A stretch of DNA of 64,000 nucleotides from Paragordius varius. Taxonomy: Eukaryota; Animalia; Nematomorpha. Of the stretch, positions 40,307-52,300 are shown one piece after another; the stretch's first letter is position 1; each line of letters begins with the position of its first letter. The notes beneath the pieces were generated by a model that had not been told where the DNA came from, ran no database searches, and saw only the letters and a program-made list of their open reading frames with translations. The translations under genes and the position numbers were made by a program. The DNA lies in NCBI GenBank assembly GCA_964247055.1, contig OZ176050.1, positions 11,346,001 through 11,410,000 of the forward strand. The letters are read 5' to 3'.

Positions 40307-41039
40307 TTCTAGAGATACTCTAACTGTGGCCCAAGGGTGGCATGCGGCCCTAAGAGTGTTTTATGGCCCTAAATTTGAATAAATATCTGCATGTGTCAAA
40401 GAGCAAGATTTTTAACTGTATTATTTCGTGCCTGGCCTGTAAGACAAGATAATTATTTTTTACGGCCCTTGGGTTTTCAACCTTTTTTTGTTCACGCCCC
40501 ATTAAATTGAAAAAAAATTCTTGCGCACCCTCTGAAAAAAATTTAAGGTAAAAATGCGAAATATATTATAATATTATAAAAATCCCAATCGATGAGAGCT
40601 TTATTTGCATTTTTTGAAATATTTTTTCCATATTGGTTAGAATTGAATTCGCACCTGAAATCTTTCAATTTATTTGTTCAATTTTTTAATTCCAAATTTT
40701 TCGCTCCCTCATTTTGGAAGAACCTATCTAGAGTTTAATATGTAATTCTAGGTGTAACTTAATTGTTCTTCTCACCCATTTAAATAACAAAAAGCCCAGC
40801 AATATAAAATAATTATCTCGATCACGTTTGCACCTATATAATTTTAGATCGAAAAAGCAAGTCAAATGATAATTAAATTTTATTGTCAAAACGGGAATTC
40901 TTTTACAGCATAAAATATTATAATTATTGTTACCTAAATTAATTAAAAAATAATTTACTTGATTGATTACGAATTTCGTTATTATATTGACTAAAATAAT
41001 TTTAAAATCATAACTAAATTAAATATTGATCAAATAGTC

Positions 41040-41066
<27 letters not shown>
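41040..41066. repeat. (TA)n microsatellite
   Basis: Uninterrupted TA run. Confidence 0.9.
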
Positions 41067-41072
<6 letters not shown>

Positions 41073-41693
41073 AGGAATATTAATATTTTAATAAAGATTA
41101 GCTGTTTATTTATGTATTGAGAAAATTATTTTTATAAAACGCTAATCAGCTGTATAAGGACCCATGGTACTACGTAAAATAAGAATGAAAACATTTTGTT
41201 ATGAAATAGAATAGGTATGGTTGTAATGTCATTGATATAATATCGTTGTAAAGAGCCGATACTAAAACAATGTAAAATATTAACCCTTAAATATTATTGT
41301 CAACTCTACACTATTTATTTTTTGAAATTTGCCACCATTTCTGTTCAGTAAACAGGAATGTTATTAGTTATATGGGTAATTTAACCGGTTAATAGAAAAT
41401 TTTAAATGTTGAGCAAGTGGGATTTTGTTTTTTTCTTGCTTAAAACAAAAATTATAATTGCATGCAAAAATTATCATTTGTTACTAACCAATAAAAACCA
41501 TATGATCAACCTGGTTGTTTACTTTATCGATGAATTTCAAAAAAATGTATATATGACATAAATATATATATTAAATTTAAACTGTGTTAATTGGAATATT
41601 TATATTGTTATAACATTTGCGCACCACGTCTTAATTTATTGATGATTAATTACTGGAAATTTACAAAATTACTGAGAACGCATTAATGCTGTA

Positions 41694-41873
41694 CATTTGT
41701 GCATTTTAATAGTTGCTTACACCCTATAGTAGGGCAATTTGCAACACAGTAGTGTATGGAAAAAAGAAAGGAAATAATTGTTCATTCGACATTTTGTTGC
41801 TTTTTCCATACACTACTGTGTTGCAAATTGCCCTACTATAGTGTGAAATAAGCAACCATTAAAATGCATACTG
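41694..41873. mobile_element. Hairpin MITE, family A
   Basis: Homologous to 13289-13467. The right TIR CATTAAAATGCATACTG-TA is intact and the left TIR is degenerate (CATTTGTGCATTTTAAT). Confidence 0.85.
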
Positions 41874-43249
41874 TATATAAAATTCCAAAAAAATCGTTCT
41901 AAAATATTTGGGAAACAATTTTATTTTCAGATACATGATTTTATAAATAGCTCCACGGTTTTTTTCAATTAAACTATTACTGTGTTAACAAATAGTCAAG
42001 ATATTAATAACCGGTACAATTACGGATAAATTCAATTGAGTTAACAATTTTCGAAAAATATTAGTAGTCTTACAAAAGTTTTATAAAAATATAATAGTCA
42101 AAAAAGAAGTGGATTGCACTTAATTTCATTAAAGATGACAACTAATTTTTTATACTCTATCCTACCTGTTAAGATCCTGTAAAAGTCAAATTATTTTAAA
42201 TCGATAAATCCAAAACAAAAGTATATATTTTAAGGTAGTTCAAAATAACACATGAGATTCTATATAAAATTAAAAAGGTATCTAGGAAATTAAATTATCA
42301 CTTTTTATATAATATATATATATACTTATGACTAAAGTTTAAAAACCTATAATTATATATCCCAATAATGTTCATGTTTAATTTGTAAGAAAAAAAGGAC
42401 AAATTTTACCTGAAATATATTTTAAAGTAATTTAATCTTTTCATTTCCCTTTAACATGTGGTGCAATTTTTAATATATTGTTTTTTATAAACCAACATAC
42501 CCCTTTTAGACTTATGTATAGTACAGGACAAGTTAGTTTAAAATAGTATATCAAGAATGTATCATCTGCGGTATTTCACCTTTTATTGTAAAATAAAATT
42601 TATAGGAAAAAATAAGTATATATGATGGATAGAAATAATAAAATTATTTTATTTAATTTTAAATTAGAGTAATCTTAATTCAAAATCTGGCATAGAAAAA
42701 ACAGAATAGAGCAGATTGATGAAACATTAAACAGGGCATAAATTCAATATATATAGATATATATTCTGATTGCTATGGAGAGATCTACAAGTATTTTATG
42801 AAGGGACCAATAAATTATTAAGCATATTATATACTGTATCTTCATAACATCTTCTGATAAAATCTGTAAAAGGTATGTGGTTAAACATCCTAATATATGT
42901 TATATAAATATATAAAGTTCATATTTAAATAACAATTTATTTGATCAATGTTTCATACATCTTCTCATTTAATATAAAAGATTTGCTGTAATTACCTACC
43001 ACCAAAATAATTAATTTATATTACATTGTAAATAATTATATTTCTTATTTAAAATGTAATAAAAATTATTTTTGTGTCAATACTCTTAGCACAAGTAATT
43101 TAATGTAGAATTCAAACATTGTCGAATCACATAGTAAGCAGCAAATAATACTTTATATAGCTAAATTTGAATTTTAAACAAAATATATGATGTGCAGTCC
43201 ACTAGAAAATCCATGATATCCAATTAATAAGTTAAAGATATTTCCAGCT

Positions 43250-43600
43250 TGTTGTTGTTAGTCCTTAAATCAATGTTGATTTAATGATATTTCGTATATG
43301 TATTAACCAGTTTGTTTGATTAGTGTCTTGTATTGATAATTTGGCTTCAATGTCCAAATTATCGATCCAGCTCGTTATACGCCCATCGAATTTTTTAAAT
43401 CGTTCTACTTTTCCTATCATGAGCTGGTAGTTCAAGTTTTTGGGTTTAGCAATATAAATGAGTAAGTTTATACTGAGAATGAGCCGAACAGGCATATGTT
43501 GGGTTAATCAGTCTCTCCACTACACGAATGATCCCACATTGTTATCAAAATCCCTTGTTGACCTTGAGAAGCACTTAATACAATTTACCAACGAATGTAA
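43250..43600 (-). mobile_element. RTE-clade LINE 3' fragment
   Basis: Track ORF 43265-43495 contains QLMIGKVERFKKFDGRITSWIDNL, similar to the RTE C-terminal GKIEG..GRPR.SWLDNI motif; (AAC)n tail on the minus strand near 43250. Confidence 0.55.
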
Positions 43601-46350
43601 AAATTTGGTCTAGAATTAGAGTAAACAAAAATTATGGATATAAACTCTTAAAATCAATAGAAAACCCTAATCCATGGATAAATTTGCTTTAGGTGTTTAA
43701 TTTATGGTTGTCTGTTTTGTGCATAAGGAGGATATTTAAAGGTAAATCCATGTTATATTTAATCCAAAACTTATTAGGAACATCAAAATACACATATGAT
43801 TTTAAAATTATCACATTATATTGCTTATGTTGATGTATGCCATTTCTAGGACTGGGTCTGACAATGTGACCAATTAAGAAAGTTATTTACACTTTTGTGG
43901 TAAATTTTTCATAGAAAAAAGCAAAATTAGCGCACATTTTTTAAATAATTTTTTTTGGTAAAATAATGTTACATTCCAAAAAATATCACTAAAATATATT
44001 ATAAATTACTTATAACAATAATTTTAAAAAATTATTTTTTAGATGTGGGCCTCGAAAGTGCCATATTTTAATGTTGTTAGTAAAATGGTATACCTCTCCT
44101 AAAACTCTTAAATAAACCCCAAAATGCCATGATTGCGGAATAGAATTTTTTAAATATGCTAAATTTTGACATCAACTAAAAATATTTGAAAAATATCATA
44201 TTTTTTCAAAAATTTAATTTTTAGAAAAATTATATGGAGCGCACTTTATACTATTTTGAGGTATGATAGAAACGGTTTAAAATCATTTTAACATATTATA
44301 AAGCCACTTTTCTATATAATTTGATGATGCTAAACCTTTCTATTGGTTCAGATTTTATTTAGGTTTGTTTACTCAAATTAACTCTTTTTTTTTAAAAAAA
44401 CTCATTTAATATTCGTTCGCAAAATCCAAGGAATTAATATTGTAAATAAACCGCAGTTGAAGTTATTTTAGTTAAAATTTAATTATCAAACATTTTAACA
44501 TGTATTAGATAAAATTATTTTTTTACAGTTTTGAGACTTCTAGAGCAGGTCTGAAGAGCCATAATGACATTAACATTTGATTCAAACTGGGGTATCTAAA
44601 TACCCCAGACTATAAATTAAGAATTTTATAAAACTACTGAAGGAAACGGTCCCAATTTAAATTAATGCTTCTATCCTAATGAAAATTATATAAATATGCC
44701 TTAATATCTTAATAAAATTTTGTTTTAAAAAAATTTTTTATGTCAAACTACTTCGACGCCATTTTAATTAAAATTTTTTTGAATATCGTCTTCATTTGAT
44801 TTTAATGGTAAAATTAAAGCTAATATTTTATCTAACATTGATAGAAATAGAAAAGGCGGTATATTTTGTATTATTTTTTTTTACCATTGCATACATATCA
44901 CGTTGACTAAATTTTACCTTTCGGTTTTAGATTAAAATAAGTAATATCAAGTATTTTTGAATAATATTTTTTATATAATAGAAGTGCAAAATTTTGCCAT
45001 GGTTTCGATTCCTTCCATATTTATTAAAGAAATTAATTTTAATCAGGCCTGGGGTATTCGACTGCCCCTATTCGAATCGAAGACTAAAATGAATGTTTTG
45101 TATCCAAGTGTTAATCAAGACATAAGTATTAAATAAATTTATTATATAAACATAAACAGTATGTTAATTTTATATAAATAAAAAATAACTAGTAAAAGTA
45201 TTATAATATTGCTAAATTTGTTTAATTATTATAATAATATGTGTACAAACAAAATTTTTGATAAAATGCATCAAATTAAACCTTTGATATATCTGCCATT
45301 GATTAATGCACAAATATAAATTATATAAGAATGAATTCCATTCGAGAAGTTGATGATTTTCTGTATAAAATACTCAAACATACCCCAGTTAAATTCCTAA
45401 TGTGTGTAGAGCATGCAATTTTTAAATATAATAAATATTAGAAATATATGTAGGGCCTACCGAGGATTCTTTTAAAATTATATTTAAAATCTGACGTCTT
45501 AATAAAAATCAATATTAACAAATCACTGCTTGTTTCACCTATTGAAAATATTCCTTTAACAATGACCCAGGTTTACCAATTGTCCAATAATATGGGTATT
45601 CTTATATTAAAAATGAGATTGTGGTTTTCAGAAATATGGGCTCTTCCACTACATAATTACAAAAAACGTTTACTAGTGACAAGTACTAAATATTTCGATT
45701 GTAAAGACAATAAAAAATATGATATTTTTTTTCATAATTTTACGATGCCACTCAAAAATTGAGCTTTTTGCACCTGTTCTAGAGTCTCAAATTACAGCTC
45801 CACAACAGTGAAACAAACGGCTGATATTAAAAGTAAAATATATCGTATTTTTTTGCTGGCAAAATATAGCCTAAAAGTTGAAAGTTAAAATTTTTAATTT
45901 CTAACCATAATATACATTACTTGTTGTGTTAGCGATTTAAAATTTAGAAATAAATGGCGGCAAAAATGTTTGATAGGAGTTTTTTATAATGTTACATTTT
46001 TCAAAAATTATTTTTTGTATAATGCGCTTAAAAGGCTTAATGAAAGCATATTTTCGAATTCGATTTGATTTCTTAATACTTTTTAAGATATTTGAATTTA
46101 CAATCATCACTGGGATATGAAATTGCCCCTAAAGGTTATGAAGTGCTAAATAATCGCTTAAGTTTATAACGTAATTATAAAGATATGATATCATTTATAA
46201 TACGATTTCGTAAAAAAGAAAATATACACATTTAATCGATACTATGTTAGCTAGTTATTTCAATAATTATAACAATATTTGGAATAATATTGAAGTTTAT
46301 ATATTTTCTTCTTTTTTGTCATATGATAGCCAAAGACCGGCAATTTCAAA

Positions 46351-49300
46351 ATGTTTAAATTGCAGCATCAAATAAAAACTTATTTCAAAACCAATGGACT
46401 AAATATTAAAAGGTTTTACTAATATTTAAATATAGTGATGCTATGGATGTATTAAAACTGCACATTGAAAGGAATAATTTGGAAGCTAGTTTAAATGATG
46501 TACTTAATTCAATTTTGGAATATGTATTAAACCATAGTGAACAAATTAATGCAAGTACCCTTGATAAAAAATTAATAACCCACATTTTGGCGTCACATAA
46601 AACAAAAAAGTATTTAATTTTAATATTTTAGACAAGCTCCTTTAATGGTTGTTGACGCGTTTTCATGCCCTCGCCTTATATATAACGCTGACGATAATAA
46701 AATTCAAAGGTATTGCTATAGGTTTATTTTCCGGGTTATTACAGCACAATTTTAAAGTATTAAGACATGATGCTATAAATTTTACGTTTAATAAATTTTA
46801 AGATACAAATTTTATTCATATCTAAAATTAAACTCAAAAAATATAATTCATAAGAATAACCAAGAAAATAGATTAATTTTGTACATGAATTATATAAAGG
46901 GTAAAATATGTTAAGGTTCTGACTTTTTAATATTTCCCTTTACACGTAATAAGAAATATTTTTTGTTCCATTTATTCCGATTTTTTTAGAAATATAATGA
47001 ATACATAGTAAAAATTGAGTCAACCTTTCAAAAAACAGTATATTTTATTAAAAGAGGCTTTTGCCCAACCCAAAACCTTATGTTCTTCATAAATATTTTC
47101 AAAAACGCAATCATAATAATTGGATAAAGCCTTTAATTAGTCTATTTTTACCATTTTTATATTGGGTGATTGATTATATGTGTTAAATTAATAATATATT
47201 TAAATAGTAATTTTGCTTATGCTTTAGTATGGGTTTTTATATGTCAATAAAATAACCAAATTACTGCTGTCATATTAAAAATAAACTATATATTTCTAAT
47301 ATTAGGTGCTTGAATCTAAAAAATGGTTTTGACGCAAACTCCAAAACAGATTGCTATATCATGCGTTATAACATTCTATTTTATCGGTTATCTCATAGCA
47401 AGCTATTTTCCATTCTACAAGCAAAATCAGTAGCTAATAATGCGAAGAAAATGGATACCAACAAGTTTCAGGTAATATTTTATGTTTATTATACCATTTG
47501 CACTTCAAGAGTGTGTGTCCTTATACACTTTATAATCCTTGAACATTTCAAGTTGGTCCGTTATTCTTGCTTTTTTAACTTTTATCAATCAAATTGTGTA
47601 TCATTCTCTATTTTATAATTTTTAACCTATTTTCTATATTCAATCTTTAAATCGATATCAACTTTTAATCATTAAGAAACTTTATATCATTCCTAAATTA
47701 CACTGCTCAACAAGGTTTTGCACCACCCCATTATTTTTGCATTTTCTGATACCTAATGGCATGGAAAGGCCAAAACAAAAAAGAAAATTGAGGCCACCAA
47801 TAGGATTTTTCCGAAATTTAATTTTTAAATTTGTATTTAATTTAAAAATAACAATCATACCTCGTGTACATATGTTTAAATATTCAAACGAACAAGTCGA
47901 TACAAGTAATATTGCATGAATAACAAAATTCTAGGCATTAAATAAGATACTAAACAAGCTAAGAGCCAAAGTATCAAAAATCTAAAAGGGGCTTATGTAT
48001 AGTGTGATAGATCCAGGCGTCTACACAAGCTCTGCATATCCCCCAAGCGATCCAATTATGCCAGATATGGCAAAGATAACAATAAGTAATCGTAAAGCCC
48101 GATAAGAGAGACTTGCAAGCAAAATCCAGGCAAATTGACATGTCAAATTAACCAATTCACAGAATAAAGTTAGATAAATTCTACAATTAAATTGAATAAA
48201 AAGATTAGGTAAATACAAATGGTCCAATCCCATAATAGTAAATTCTACTAAAAGTGGCTACACAACATCCATCTGAAATTAAAAATACAAAACAACCAAT
48301 AATTTTAAAAAATAAAGTATATCCACTAGGTATAAATAAGGGATTTTTTTAAGAACCAACTCAAGAAAAAAAGCCTAATAAGTACTCGAAAAAACTAACA
48401 AAAAAAAATATAGCTTATCAAAAAGCCGAAGGTTTAAACCATAGAATGCCTTTTTTAGTATTTTTTTAAAAATTTTTTATACGTATTAAAAATTCACTTG
48501 AAAGGAAAAGACTAAATTTTGACGTTTAAGTCTGCACTATTTTTTTCTCTCTGATATTTAAATGACATATCTATATTCAAAAGATAGAGTTTAAAACGCT
48601 TTATTAAATGATATTAAGTTTATAATATAATAACATTTGATTATAAAGTTATATTTAATTTTCTCTCGATTTTCCCTTGTTTTTGAAAAAGTGAAAAACC
48701 TATAATATTTCAAAATTCTGATTGGCGGGATCAAAATTTTTTCACATTCGGTTTTAAAGCACTGAAATTAGTCATAAATTAAAAGTTTGAGTGGTGGTGC
48801 TCGAAAATGTCCAAATTTGTCGAAGTGTTATTTAAAATTTTTATAAGTTTGAAATAAAAAAATATAAGCTTTCTGGGTTATTTCTACAATTTTTCATTAA
48901 AAAATTTATAAGTTAATAATTTTGTTAAAAAGAAACAAAAAAGTGGGTTTTAAATAATTTTATTTTTTATTAAATATATAATAAATAAAGGAAATTAAGT
49001 TAAAAAATAATAAAATTAAAAAATACATGCAAAAATCATGGTTAATTCCAAATTTAAAAATTTTAAGGAACAACTTGAAGTGTTCGAGGACGCTCTTGAA
49101 GTGCAAATGGTATATCACGCACAAAACATCATGTTCTTTTATAAAAATAAATTATATTGCTTTTTAAAACATTAAAAATCCCTTTTTTCGAAATATATAA
49201 ATTTTGTATTTTAATCAAATAAAAATTAATAACCTTTTAAAAATACCCTTTTTCATTTACCCACAGTTACAGATTGAATTGGTAAATTTTAAAAATGTCA

Positions 49301-52300
49301 TATAATAATCAATAAAAAAACCGTTGATATTTTTATACACTTAATTCACATCATCGTAGAAATTCTTATTTTAAATTTCTTTTTTTAATAGTTTAGGTAT
49401 GCTGCCTTTATCGATTTGATTAAAATTATCACAAATTACAGTATTATATAACAATTATATCATTACAAATAAGGTCCGACAGATATGTCAATTTAAGGGG
49501 TCAAGTAGTCCTGAAGAACATCTCATATGTTTAGCCATGCTGACTCGTTTGAAAAACAATATTTTACATTTGGAAGATCCCACTGGACACGTAGAGTTAA
49601 ATACTTCGGAAACAATATCCTTTTTATTTTAGAATTATATTATCATGTTTAAAAATTATTCCTGCAAGTTTTTTTGCATTTTTTTGTTTGGTTTAAGTAA
49701 ATCACTCATTTTTTAATGCTGTACACATCGAGTCAAATTTTTATTTCATATGATACGCATTTGATTTCTTCAATGAATTGTTATTAAAGAGTTAACTGCC
49801 GATTAGGCAATTAACAATTAATTTAGAATTTCATAGTTATAATTATCAAAAAACGTTAAATTAATCACACTATGTTTTTCAGATGGATTTCTATTAGTGA
49901 TCATTGTAGTTGAAATCTGCCCAATTTATTGCGTTTATGGCAGTGACCAAAAAATTAAAAGGGCCGCAAAAAATATTTTTCATGTCTCAAAGGCCGCTCA
50001 CCATATAATTCCGATGAAAATTTCATAGCTGTTTGACACAGATACTATTCAAAATAGGGCCTCGATTTAATACCACTGAATGGTTTACAAAACATGATAA
50101 TCATTATATTTATTTCGCCTTGTTTTTGTTTTAGGAAAAATGGTTTATGTATAGCACTGATTAATAACTATGTATAAAAAATTATTTTCATGCGAATTAA
50201 CTTAATTGTTTCATTTATCATATTTATTTTTTGCCAAGTTATTTTACTTAACTCTAAAATTATGGCAAAATGATATATTAATCATAACAAGTATGGCATG
50301 ATGGTATTTTTTGTGAATCCCAATTTGTATTAGCAGAAGGATACTTTATGGATAATGTATTTCATGCTTTAGCTATTGGTTTTCCGCCACTCGAATCCGA
50401 ATATGAATCCCGGTAAATTGTTTTTCCTATTATATATTTTTTATTGTTTTAATAAGTTTCACGTTTGTTAAATTTTTGTAATTGAGAAACTACATCCAAG
50501 AATGCTTTTTAATTATTCGACATTATCTGTAGGAATTCCATACATATAAAACTATTGTAAATACAGTTCCGCCTATGATGTGTTATGCTAATCATGGATC
50601 TTTCTAGTTTTAACATGCAAATAATTATTTATCTAGGTTGAATTGTCATCATTATCCAAAACAAATAAAATTTGATTTTTTGTCATAATATATAATATAT
50701 TATGAATATAATGTAAATGATATTTAATATAAACGAAAAACTTTTTTTTCCTATGCAATAATCATGATAGGGTCGCATTTTTACTTTACATTAAGTTAAT
50801 GATTAAATTATATATAATTTACAAGTGTGCATTAAAATATAGTAAACATTTGGGTGACACCAATTTTTTTGCCCCCGAACCCGAAATAAATCCCAAAACA
50901 AATTTGTCAAACGAATTGGGAAAAGATGATATCATTGATAATTCGCTTAACACAGATTCAAGCTTTTTGGCCCTCAACGTTGATGAGAAATTGTTGCAAA
51001 TTAATGCTTATTTTGTCATTCTTAGTGATATTTTCTTAGATGATCCAAAAGTATGACTTATAATCGTGCAGTAATGTTTAACTCAAATTATCATTTTTAT
51101 TGGTAACATAATTATATAAATTATAAAATCCACAATTCAAATTTTCACATTTATTTAATATTAAATTATTCATTTATGGTTATTCTCCTTCATTAATTAT
51201 ATCAATTAAATATATGGTGTATAAATGCCAAAAATTTTAGGTAATAGAAAAATTGGATAAATTATTTGCCGGATACAATGAATTGGAACATGTGCCTTAT
51301 GCTTTTATTATGTGTGGTTCATTTTTATCGCACGCAAAATCTCAATCCAACAATCAGGATTCTTGCAAAACATTTTCAAGTATTACTAAAACATTTCGTA
51401 AATATTTTTTATTTTTTGCTCAAAAATTTGTAATAATTGATTTATTATCTAATTAAAATCATACCTTAATGTTTGATTAAGCAATAAATAGATTAGAAAT
51501 GAACGAATAATCTCTGAATTTTATTTTGTTTTACCAGAATACTTCAATTCGTTGGCTCATATGATTTATAATTACAAACAGTTGGCCAAAAGATCTAAAT
51601 TTATATTTATTCCACACTTAACGCAAGATCCTGGAATCAAGGGAATTTTACCAAAGTAATCTTATGTTTATAATTTAATTATTCATAAATACGTATAATA
51701 TACGGCACTATACAGTATGCATTTTAATGTATGTTAAGTAATTTTATTGCCTGCCAAATAACATAAATGGTTTATTAAAAGCGTAAAATACTGACCCACG
51801 AAATTATATCGTAGTACACATATGAAAGAAGATTGACGTGAGAATTAACATAGGCTTTAATTTGATGGATATTTTGTAATGTTAAATTTTGAGAATATTA
51901 TAGCAAATTAGTTAACATTTGTAATATTGTTGTTACGTATTTAGATGCGGAATTATGTGGGTTTTTATCTTTTATAAATTAATAAATAGTAAAATACGTA
52001 TTTTAAGATTTTTTATGTTAATCATTCCTAAAAATAATAAATATTTTTCAACATGCTAAAAACCTGTATTAATCAAATTGGTATTATAATTTTATATAGT
52101 TGTTATTACTAATTAAAATAACACAGGTAAATATATATTTGTGAAAATTTGAGTAGATTTTAGATTTTTGTTTTTTATGTTTAGCATTGTTAATTATTAA
52201 TAATTTTTAAGTATTTCAGACATTTTAAACAGGTAAAAATTGCGGTTTTTAACAAATTTAGTAAAATTTAGTTTTTTTTTGTTTTTTAGGTTTTGCATTT

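Noticed and set aside
44587-44608. Perfect 9-bp hairpin CTGGGGTAT-CTAA-ATACCCCAG
   Set aside because: Isolated. It is not followed by a Helitron CTRR end and has no partner terminus, so it is probably a transposon crumb.
46174-46350. DRE-like AATCGATA and CHR-like TTCAAA upstream of POLE2
   Set aside because: Imperfect or very short AT-rich motifs with high chance frequency; cannot be supported without conservation data.
48021-48233. Hydrophobic 70-aa ORF suggesting a captured membrane-protein exon
   Set aside because: It lies inside the Tc1-like repeat and is interrupted by stops in the other two copies.
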